Below, in pieces: positions 16,827-25,300 of a stretch of DNA of 28,529 bases. The notes below the pieces were generated by a model, which saw nothing but the letters and a program-made list of their open reading frames with translations, was not told the DNA's origin and searched no databases. Both the position numbers and the translations under genes were made by a program. Origin of the DNA: Candidatus Aenigmatarchaeota archaeon (GTDB lineage: Archaea > Aenigmatarchaeota > Aenigmatarchaeia > CG10238-14 > SpSt-28); NCBI GenBank assembly GCA_049414645.1, contig JBMSAV010000113.1, positions 1 through 28,529 of the forward strand. The letters are read 5' to 3'. Position 1 is the first letter of the stretch. Each line of letters starts with the position of its first letter.

Positions 16827-16835
16827 TGCTAGAGT

Positions 16836-17060
16836 ATGGGAAGAAAGAAAAAAGTAGGTACTGCTGGTAGATTTGGAGCTAGATATGGTAAAAAAATTAG
16901 AGAGAAAGTTTCTGAAATAGAAAAAATACAAAAACAAAGACATATATGTCCGAATTGTAAAATGAGATATTTAAAGAGAAAGGGAACTGGAATATGGGTT
17001 TGTGAGAAATGTGGAGCTAAATTCGCGGGGCAAGCCTATTATCCGCCTAGGGTGAGTTGA
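16836..17060 (+). CDS. rpl37ae: 50S ribosomal protein eL43 (L37ae)
   Basis: VGTAGRFGARYG, CPNC, GIWVCEKC and AGQAY motifs. Confidence 0.97.
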   Translation: MGRKKKVGTAGRFGARYGKKIREKVSEIEKIQKQRHICPNCKMRYLKRKGTGIWVCEKCGAKFAGQAYYPPRVS

Positions 17061-17191
17061 TGTATAAATGTATTAAATGTAAAAAAATAGTAAACGAATT
17101 TATAGAAGGTAGAATAATGTGTCCTTATTGTGGTTATAGAATTTTAATAAAACTCAGACCAGAAATCGTTAAAAGGGTACAAGCACGATAA
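17060..17191 (+). CDS. rpoP: RNA polymerase subunit P (Rpo12), not in ORF track
   Basis: MYKCIKC...CPYCGYRILIKLRPEIVKRVQAR (43 aa), TGATG-coupled to rpl37ae, SD GGTGAG. Confidence 0.95.
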   Translation: MYKCIKCKKIVNEFIEGRIMCPYCGYRILIKLRPEIVKRVQAR

Positions 17192-17221
17192 GCTTATAAT
17201 TTTTTTTTATTTTAAGAATAT

Positions 17222-17542
17222 ATGATAGAAGAAAACATCGAGCAAGAATACCTTGAATTACAGCAACAGCTAAGAAACGTGTTAATCCAAAAAGAAGCGT
17301 TTAAAATTCAAATTGCAGAAATAGAATCTGCGTTAGAAGAGCTAAAGAAAAGCAAAGAGGAAAATGTCTACAAAATTGTAGGAAATATAATGGTAAGAAA
17401 AAGAAAAGACGAAATTGAGAAAGAGTTAAATGAGATAAAAGACGATTCTGAAGTAAAAATTAGAAGTCTGGAAAATATTGAAAAAAGTTTAATTGAAAAA
17501 ATTAAAAATATTGAAGAAAAGTTAAGGAGTAAAGGTGGTTGA
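17222..17542 (+). CDS. pfdB: prefoldin beta subunit
   Basis: Coiled coils flanking the VYKIVGNIMV hairpin; conserved context after rpoP. Confidence 0.92.
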   Translation: MIEENIEQEYLELQQQLRNVLIQKEAFKIQIAEIESALEELKKSKEENVYKIVGNIMVRKRKDEIEKELNEIKDDSEVKIRSLENIEKSLIEKIKNIEEKLRSKGG

Positions 17543-17800
17543 ATGAAGTACAAGCCAGTAATAGAAATATTGGATAGTATAATTAACGATAGGGGTGTTC
17601 CGAAAAATATAAAGGAGGCTGTTGAAAGAGCGAGAAATGCTCTTATGAGTAAAGAAGATGAAGAGCTTAAAATAAATACAGCAATTATAACTTTAGATGA
17701 AATAGCAAACGACCAGAACATGCCTCTTTATACCAGAACTCAAATATGGAATGCTGTTAGCTTATTAGAACAAATAAAAGCAAAAGAAAAGAAAAAATAA
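17543..17800 (+). CDS. UPF0147 family protein
   Basis: DRGVPKNIK, LDEIANDQNMPLYTRTQIWNAVSLLE. Confidence 0.92.
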   Translation: MKYKPVIEILDSIINDRGVPKNIKEAVERARNALMSKEDEELKINTAIITLDEIANDQNMPLYTRTQIWNAVSLLEQIKAKEKKK

Positions 17801-17839
17801 CGAATATATAAATTTAAAGCTAAAATTCAATAAATTATT

Positions 17840-18181
17840 ATGCCATTCAAAAAACTTTTAGAAAAGTTTAAAAGAAGAGAGGAGAAACAGCAAGAAGAAA
17901 TAGAAATTAGAGAAGAAGCATTTAAAGAAGAAATAAAACCAAAAATAAGAGTTGAGAAATTAATAAGTTATGCTGATGTTACAAAAATTCAAGAATTTTT
18001 AAGAAATGGTGAAATTGTTTTCTTAAACATAAAAGATCTAAGAAACTCAAATTTAAATGAACTAAAAAAGGCTGTAGATAAGTTAAAAAATACAATTTCA
18101 GCTATTGATGGAGATATTGTTGGTATTGATGACAATTATTTGTTAATAACACCAAGTTATGCAAGAATTCAAAGAGGTTAG
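17840..18181 (+). CDS. sepF: archaeal cell division protein SepF
   Basis: LRNGEIVFLNI, LKKAVDKLK and IDGDIVGIDDNYLLITP; next to UPF0147. Confidence 0.88.
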   Translation: MPFKKLLEKFKRREEKQQEEIEIREEAFKEEIKPKIRVEKLISYADVTKIQEFLRNGEIVFLNIKDLRNSNLNELKKAVDKLKNTISAIDGDIVGIDDNYLLITPSYARIQRG

Positions 18182-18186
18182 ATTTT

Positions 18187-18804
18187 GTGGCAATCAAAAT
18201 AGATATTCTTGAAAAATCAAGAGAAACAATAAGATTTGTGGTAGATGGTATAAAACCTTCTTTTGCTAATGCTTTAAGAAGAATAATGATTTCTGAAGTT
18301 CCGACAATGGCAATAGAATGGGTTGACTTCAAGAAAAACGACTCAGCCTTGTATGATGAGCTACTTGCTCATAGACTAGGTTTAATTCCTTTAACCTATG
18401 ATAGAAAAGCTTATAAGTTGCCAGAAGAATGTATGGAGGCTAGTGTTAAAGATTCTCAATGCTATGCAAAATTGAAACTGAAGAGAAGGGGACCATGCAC
18501 AGTTTACTCTGGAGATTTAGAATCAGAGGACGAAAGCGTTAAACCTGTCTTCGAGAAAATTCCAATAGTAGAACTTTTAGATGGTCAAGAAATTGAATTG
18601 ATTGCGTATGCAAGACTGGGGTATGGAAGGGAACACATAAAATGGCAAGGAGCTGTTGTTGGTTATAGTATTGATGATAGTGGAAAAATTACTTTTGAAG
18701 TAGAGACTTGTTCAGGACTTTCCCCAGAAGAAATTGTTGAAATGGCTACAGAAGTATTTGAGAAAAAATTGAAAGAATTTAAGAAACAAGTTAGTAAGTT
18801 ATAA
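18187..18804 (+). CDS. rpoD: RNA polymerase subunit D (Rpo3), lacking the Fe-S domain
   Basis: FANALRRIMISEVPTMAI, NDSALYDELLAHRLGLIP, GREHIKWQ and FEVETCSGLSPEEI motifs. Confidence 0.95.
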   Translation: MAIKIDILEKSRETIRFVVDGIKPSFANALRRIMISEVPTMAIEWVDFKKNDSALYDELLAHRLGLIPLTYDRKAYKLPEECMEASVKDSQCYAKLKLKRRGPCTVYSGDLESEDESVKPVFEKIPIVELLDGQEIELIAYARLGYGREHIKWQGAVVGYSIDDSGKITFEVETCSGLSPEEIVEMATEVFEKKLKEFKKQVSKL

Positions 18805-18846
18805 ATTCTCTTTGTGTATTATTTATAAACCGACTTCTATAATATA

Positions 18847-19380
18847 CTACCTAAACGAATCTTTTTTTGATTTGAATGTTGGGCTATTAGATAATAAAAT
18901 TATAAGAAGCTTTCTTATTCCTTCGTCATTAATATGTATCGAGTCTTTAGGCCATTCCCGTTGATAACTGTATTTGCTCTTATAGCCATCAACTATTCTT
19001 ATTTCGCAATTTTTTCCAGCAATATACCTAACAACACCATATCGATCTATAACTTCTTTCATCGGACCTATTTTTCAGTTGAAAAAATGGTAGAACACAC
19101 TTTTTCTTGTAACTCTTTCTATTTCTCTGATTATTTAACTTATATATGCTCTAACTTCGGGCAAATCTATCACATCTATACAAGCAGGATGATCGAAGCT
19201 TTTTCCCTAAATGGTAAATGAGTCGCACTAGTTAATGCAACATCGTCGTAATTTTGCTTATCACAATGATAATACAGATTCGTTAAATCTATGTCAACCA
19301 AATAGCAGTTTTGGCACACTTCTTTCAAATAGGTTGCGAGACGAGTATATTACCAGAAATCACGCAACCTACACAAAGTG
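18847..19380 (-). pseudogene. degraded class I SAM-dependent methyltransferase remnant
   Basis: Reconstruction: YTRLATYL...YLVDID...SATHLPFREK/SFDHPACIDVI...IIREIERVTRK...DSIHINDEGIRKLL. Frameshift at 19200-19204, in-frame stops at 19135-19137 and 19075-19077. The 71-aa ORF is its in-frame tail. Confidence 0.65.
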
Positions 19381-19466
19381 GGGGTAATTTAAAGTTAAAG
19401 TCATAAATTTGGTATAAATAAGAAGCAATTTATCTATTTGAATAGAAAAATCAAAAATAGTTTATC

Positions 19467-19601
19467 GCCGGGGTCGCCTAGCCTGGTCGATGGCGGCAGT
19501 GCCATTGTCGAAGCTTAAGTGCTGGCTAGGCACATAAGCTCAGATTAATGAAGAAACCTGCTGGGTTAGTCCCTTCGTGGGTTCAAATCCCACCCCCGGC
19601 A
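19467..19601 (+). tRNA. tRNA-Leu(TAA) with two introns: 30/31 (19500-19512, 13 nt) and 37/38 (19520-19555, 36 nt)
   Basis: Body nearly identical to tRNA-Leu(CAA). Removing both segments restores GCAGG-CT-TAA-GA-CCTGC; A73; Leu-type variable arm. Confidence 0.82.
19530..19554 (+). ncRNA. putative intron-encoded box D'/C' (K-loop) guide element targeting U34
   Basis: Guide GCACATAAGC pairs with the anticodon region. D'-like CAGA at 19541-19544 and C'-like ATGAAGA at 19548-19554. The fifth nt upstream of D' (A19536) pairs with T34. Confidence 0.5.
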
Positions 19602-19637
19602 ATTTATGAAGTATTTATAAATATTTTAAGTATTAAT

Positions 19638-19895
19638 ATGGCGGAAAGAATTCTTATTGGAAGGGTAACTCACTATTATCCAAAAATAGGAGTTGCTGTA
19701 TTTGAACTTCAACAGAGTCTTAGGAAAGGAGATAAAATTGAAATAGAAGGAAAAACAACAAAGCTCGCTCAAACAGTAACATCAATGCAATTAAACCATG
19801 TTGATATAAATGTGGCTGAAAGTGGACAATCTATTGGATTAAAAGTAGAGGGTAGGGTTAGAGAAGGAGATAAAGTTTACAAGCTTGTCGAATAG
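19638..19895 (+). CDS. translation elongation factor-like beta-barrel protein (EF-Tu domain 2-like)
   Basis: IGRVTHYYPKIGVA, GDKIEIEG, VTSMQ and GQSIGLKVEGRVREGDKVY. Start moved to ATG 19638 because the listed start lies in the tRNA. Confidence 0.85.
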   Translation: MAERILIGRVTHYYPKIGVAVFELQQSLRKGDKIEIEGKTTKLAQTVTSMQLNHVDINVAESGQSIGLKVEGRVREGDKVYKLVE

Positions 19896-20049
19896 TTTTT
19901 TTATTTTATATTTTCATAAACAGAAATCTTTTTAAATGTAGAATGTAAGAAAAGTTAATGAAAAAAACCCCACTCACTACATTAATTAATTCTAAGAAAT
20001 GTGTAATTAATTATTTGGGGCTATAAGGGATGATCCTTCTTATAATTCA

Positions 20050-20481
20050 ATGAGTGGGGACCTAACCGAAGTTGAGATTTGTGATTTATGTGGGAATGAA
20101 ACCGAAGATTATTCGATTGTAAATGGTTTAGTTATTTGCGAAAGTTGTATAGAAAATTCTAGTTTAGAGAATGAGGAAAAGGAGGATAGATCTTCTAAAA
20201 TATGTGCTCTTTGCGGTTGGCCGATAAATAGAGTAATAAAGAAAGGCGAAGTGAAAGAATTTATTAAAGGTATAGAGAATTGGTTAAATCAAAATGAAGG
20301 GCTTTCCATAAATATAAAGCATAAACTAAAAAAATTAGAAGGGAAAGATTTGTATTTTTGTAGGTACGATTTCTTCTATTTAGTTAAAGATATTATTGAA
20401 GCCGAAAATGAAGCATTAGCAAATAAGTTTGAAAAAGAAATAGCATCAAAATATGATTTCTATGGTGGAATAGTCAGCTAA
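20050..20481 (+). CDS. hypothetical protein with Cys-pair zinc-finger motifs
   Basis: CDLC-x15-CESC, then CALC...FCRYD; 143 aa. Confidence 0.7.
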   Translation: MSGDLTEVEICDLCGNETEDYSIVNGLVICESCIENSSLENEEKEDRSSKICALCGWPINRVIKKGEVKEFIKGIENWLNQNEGLSINIKHKLKKLEGKDLYFCRYDFFYLVKDIIEAENEALANKFEKEIASKYDFYGGIVS

Positions 20482-20519
20482 TGAAGCTCTAAATATTTTC
20501 TTGATTTAATATAATTATC

Positions 20520-20593
20520 GCCCTGGTAGCTCAGACTGGTAGAGCACCTCACTGGTAATGAGGGGGTCGCGGGTTCGAATCCCGCCCAGGGCT
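20520..20593 (+). tRNA. tRNA-Thr(GGT), no intron
   Basis: GCCCTGG/CCAGGGC acceptor, CCTCA-CTGGTAA-TGAGG anticodon arm, GCGGG-TTCGAAT-CCCGC T arm, U73. Confidence 0.97.
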
Positions 20594-20666
20594 ATTAAAA
20601 AGATTTATTAAGAAAAAAAATCTAAATAATATTAAAAAGTAAAACTATAGTAGTGTGGTGGGGCAA

Positions 20667-20909
20667 ATGAAAAAGGAGATTGATGTCTCTAAGCATATTT
20701 TAGTACCAAAACACGAAATACTTAACGAGAAAGAGAAAGAAGAGCTAATAAAAAGATATGGTAGCATTAAAAACTTCCCAAGAATATACACTACAGACCC
20801 ACAGGTAAAACTATTAAATGCTAAGCCAGGTGATATTATAAAAATAACAAGGTATAATGAAATCACTGGTGAATATGTACATTATAGGGTTGTAGTGGAG
20901 GGAAAATAA
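20667..20909 (+). CDS. rpoH: RNA polymerase subunit H (Rpo5)
   Basis: HILVPKHEIL, PRIYTTDP, AKPGDIIKITR and YRVVV; SD GGTGGGG precedes ATG 20667. Confidence 0.97.
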   Translation: MKKEIDVSKHILVPKHEILNEKEKEELIKRYGSIKNFPRIYTTDPQVKLLNAKPGDIIKITRYNEITGEYVHYRVVVEGK

Positions 20910-22393
20910 TGGAAAATGCATTTACTATTTTGATGAAATCATATCTAAAAGAAAAAGGTCTAGTTAATTTTCAGATTGAATCGTTCAACGATTTTGTGGA
21001 AAGGAGATTGCCAAAAATTATAAAAAACATTGGGAAAATAAAACCTGAAATTCCGGAAATTGGTGAATTGGAAATAAAACTTGGAAAATTTGAGTTGGGT
21101 GAACCAAGAGTTAAGGAAGCTGACGGCTCAATAAGAAAGATTTTACCTATGGAAGCAAGAATAAGAAACTTAACTTATGCGGCTCCAATGTATGTTGAAA
21201 TGACACAAGTTTTAAACGGAATAGAAAGTAAGCCTGTTATGATTGAAATTGGGGATTTGCCAATAATGGTAAAATCTAAGTTTTGTCCTCTTTCTAGAAT
21301 GAGTGAAAAAGAACTTATAGAGGCTGGTGAAGATCCTGATGATCCTGGAGGTTATTTTATAATAAATGGAACAGAAAGGATTCTAATGCTTGTCGAAGAA
21401 ATAGCTACAGACAGAATAATAGTTGAAAAAACTAATGATGAATCTGTTCCTGAAATTGCAAGAATACATTCGGAAAAAGAAGGCTTTATTCAGAAACACC
21501 TAATAGAAAGGAAAAGAAGTGGAGAGATTTATATAACTTTTGCGAATGTTTTAAGGATACCAATAGTAATTATTCTTAAGTCTTTAGGTTTAGAAAAAGA
21601 TAAAGAAATTTTAGAGGCCATTTCTCTAGATGAAAGAATACAAGAATTATTTTTAGTTAATATATTGGAATATCCTATAAGAAATGCGGAAGAAGCTATA
21701 GAAGAATTGGGTAAACATTTGAGAATTCCACAAAAGTCTGTGAGAAAAAAACAAGCAATAAGATTGATAGATAAATATTTATTGCCACATTTAGGGCAAG
21801 AGCCAGAAAACAGATTAACAAAAGCTATGTTTTTATGTAAAGCTATAGAGAAGATTTTGAAATTGCATTTAAGAGAAATAGAAGAAGATGACGTCGATCA
21901 TTATGCAAACAAAAGAATTAAGATGAGTGGGGATTTGTTAGAGTTATTGTTAAGATCGATACTTTTAGGTAAATGGGGACTGATAGTTAGGATGAATTAC
22001 AACTATCAAAAGTTAACAAAAAGAGGCAAATTACCTCCTTTACAAGCTGTAGTTGAAAACGCTATATTAACGAATCAAATAGTATCTGCTATGGCAGTTG
22101 GCACTTGGATTGGAGGAAGAACTGGAGTTACACAAAGATTAGATAGAAGTAGTTGGAATAAAACCATTACTCATATGAGAAATGTAGTTTCTCCTCTTTC
22201 TTCGACTCAAGAACATTTCGAAGCAAGAGAATTGCATCCTACTCATTTTGGTAAGTTATGCGTAACTCAAACTCCAGAAGGAGCTAATATTGGTTTGAGA
22301 AAATATCTTGCAATTAGCGCAACGATAACAACTAAAGTTGAAAGGAAAGAAATACAACCCATATTAGACCTTATAAAAGAGGGGGGGAAATGA
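20909..22393 (+). CDS. rpoB2: RNA polymerase subunit B'' (Rpo2N)
   Basis: QIESFNDF, PMEARIRNLTY, DPGGYFIING, DHYANKR and HPTHFGKLCVTQTPEG motifs. Confidence 0.96.
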   Translation: MENAFTILMKSYLKEKGLVNFQIESFNDFVERRLPKIIKNIGKIKPEIPEIGELEIKLGKFELGEPRVKEADGSIRKILPMEARIRNLTYAAPMYVEMTQVLNGIESKPVMIEIGDLPIMVKSKFCPLSRMSEKELIEAGEDPDDPGGYFIINGTERILMLVEEIATDRIIVEKTNDESVPEIARIHSEKEGFIQKHLIERKRSGEIYITFANVLRIPIVIILKSLGLEKDKEILEAISLDERIQELFLVNILEYPIRNAEEAIEELGKHLRIPQKSVRKKQAIRLIDKYLLPHLGQEPENRLTKAMFLCKAIEKILKLHLREIEEDDVDHYANKRIKMSGDLLELLLRSILLGKWGLIVRMNYNYQKLTKRGKLPPLQAVVENAILTNQIVSAMAVGTWIGGRTGVTQRLDRSSWNKTITHMRNVVSPLSSTQEHFEARELHPTHFGKLCVTQTPEGANIGLRKYLAISATITTKVERKEIQPILDLIKEGGK

Positions 22394-25300
22394 AAGCTAG
22401 TGTATTTTTAGATGGAGAATTTATAGGAAAAGTTGAGAATCCCAAAGAATTTGTAGATAACATAAGGAAAATGAGAAGAGAGGGTAAAATACCATATTAT
22501 GTTAATGTTGCTTATCACGAACATTTAAACGAAGTTAGAATTTTAACTTCGGCTGGTAGAGTTGTAAGACCTTTAATAGTAGTTGAAAATGGTGTTCCAA
22601 AATTAACAAAAGAGATTCTAGAAAAGGTTAAGAAAGGAGAACTTACTTTTTCCGATTTAGTAAAGAATGGAATTATAGAATATTTGGATGCCGAAGAAGA
22701 AGAAAACGCATACATTGCTATAAAACCTGAAGAAGTCACAAAAGAACATACTCATTTAGAAATCGATCCCGCTGTTGTTCTAGGATTTTCTGCCCAATTC
22801 GTCCCTTATCCAGAATTTAATAGAGGAGATAGGGTAAATTATGGAGCAAAAATGGGAGATCAGTCCATTGGAATATTCGCAACAAACTTCCTTAATAGAG
22901 TAGATAGTAAATCTAGCATTTTGGTTTATCCACAAAGACCGCTTGTGCAAACTTATATTCATAAAATTCTTGACTCAACAGAAAATTATCCTAACGGTAT
23001 AAATGTAGTAATAGCTGTAGCAACATATGAAGGTTATAATATTGAAGATGCTATAGTAATTAACAAATCTTCAGTTGAAAGAGGAATGTTCTGGAGTTAT
23101 ATGTATAGAACCTACGAGACCGAAGAAAAAAGATATTTAGGTGGACAAGAAGATGTAATTGGTATACCTCAACCTGGAATAAGAGGTTATGCTGGCGAAG
23201 ATGAATACAAGCATTTACCGGAAGATGGGATAGTTAATCCAGAAACAGAAGTAAAGTCAGATGAAGTACTTATTGGAAAGACCTCACCTCTCAGATTTTT
23301 AGGTAAAGCTGATAAATTTTTAGCCGGAATGGAAAATCTAAGAGAGACTTCTGTAAGAGTAAGACATGGGGATAAAGGAATAGTTGATAGAGTTTATATA
23401 ACTCAAACTACAGATGGTACAAAACTAGTTAAAGTAGTTTTAAGAGACTTAAAAAAGCCAGAAATTGGGGATAAGTTTGCTTCTAGACATGGTCAAAAGG
23501 GAGTTGTAGGTTTACTTGTTCCGCATGAAGATATGCCTTTCACCGAAAGCGGCATAGTTCCTGATATAATTTTCAACCCCCACGGCTTACCATCAAGAAT
23601 GACTGTAGGTCAGCTACTTGAAATTTTAGCTGGTAAAGTGGCTGCAATTTATGGTAGATATATAGATGCACCTGCTTTTAATCCCACTAATGAAAAAGAG
23701 CTGAGAGAAGCTTTAAAGAGTCTTGGGTTTGAAGAAAGCGGAAAAGAAATAATGTACGACGGTAAAACGGGGAGAAAGTTTGAAGCAAAAATATTTATAG
23801 GCTGTTCATTCTATATGAAATTAGATCATTTGGTATCTAACAAACTACAGTCTAGGGCAAGAGGACCAGTAACTTTACTAACAAGACAGCCAACTGAAGG
23901 TAGAAGCAAAGAGGGTGGTTTAAGATTAGGGGAAATGGAAAAGGATTGTTTGTTAGCTCATGGCGCTGTTTTAACTCTTAAAGAAAGATTTGATTCTGAT
24001 AAAGTTATATTGCCCGTGTGTAAAAAATGCGGAATGATTGTTGTTCACGATAAGATTAAAAATGTATACTTATGCCCTATATGTAGAGATGATGCCGAAA
24101 TAGTTAATGTTGAGATGAGCCATGCATTTAAGCTAATGTTAGATGAATTGAAAAGTTTGATAATATATCCAAAGTTAGTTATAAATGATGAAGGAAAAAT
24201 TAGCAAAATTGAATTTAGCATTCTAGATCCCGAAACTATAAGGAAAATGTCTTTTGCAAAGATTAGTAAGATAGATATTTACGATGAAGAAGGTTATCCG
24301 ATAGAAGGAGGAGTTATGGATCCTAGGCTTGGGACTATAGAACCTGGAATAAGGTGTAGAGTATGTGGAGCTAATATTGGAGAATGTCCGGGTCACTTTG
24401 GTAGTTTAGAACTAGTTAAACCAGTTATTCATCCTCACTATGTTAAATTCATACATTTCTTACTAAAAGTTAGTTGTAGAAAATGTGGAAAGATTTTAAT
24501 AAAAGATGAAGATAGAAAGAAGGAGAAAATGCCTTGGAAAGAAATAGAAAGACTTTCTTTAAAGAAGTGTCCTTTTTGTAAAACTGAACAAAAAGAAATC
24601 AAACTAATTAAGCCTTATACTTTTGTAGAGGGAAATAAAGTATTAAATCCGGCAGACGTGAGAGAAAGACTTGAAAAAATTAGCAATGAGGAATTAAAGC
24701 TTCTTGGTTTAAAAATTAGACCAGAATGGCTTGTACTAACTGTTTTGCCCATACCTCCTGTAACTATTAGGCCTTCAATAACTTTAGAAACTGGAGAAAG
24801 AAGTGAAGATGATTTAACACATAAACTTGTTGAAATTGTTAGAATTAATGATAGATTTAGGGAGAATTTGGAATTAGGTGCACCTGAATTCCTTTTGAAT
24901 GATCTGTGGGAATTATTACAGTATCATGTTGCAACATATTTTGATAATGAATTGACAGGAATTCCGCCAGCAAGACATAGATCTGGTAGGGTATTGAAGA
25001 CGTTGACTCAAAGGTTAAAAACAAAAGAAGGAAGATTTAGAGGTAATTTGTTGGGCAAAAGAGTAAACTATTGTGCAAGAACCGTTATATCACCTGATCC
25101 TAAAATAGAAATTAATGAAGTAGGTGTTCCTGAAGTTATAGCTAAAGATTTAACAATTCCTGTTAGAGTTAATGAAAAAAACATAGAAGAATTAAGAAGA
25201 TTTGTATTAAATGGTCCAAACGTGTGGCCTGGGGCAAATTACGTTATTAGACCTGATGGGAGAAAGAAAAGAATTTTAGACTCTAATAAAGAAGAAATAG

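Noticed and set aside
18934-19221. 95-aa plus-strand ORF
   Set aside because: It is antisense to the methyltransferase remnant and has no recognisable motifs.
19330-19371. 9-bp inverted repeat TAGGTTGCG/CGCAACCTA with a 24-nt spacer
   Set aside because: It lies inside the methyltransferase remnant with no transposase or target duplication, and repeats of this length can occur by chance in 28 kb.
19538-19544. Alternative anticodon CAG (GCTCAGA) for the second tRNA-Leu
   Set aside because: It needs a 30/31 intron without a central helix and gives A37. The TAA reading has a clear 4-bp helix, G37 and a matching guide strand.
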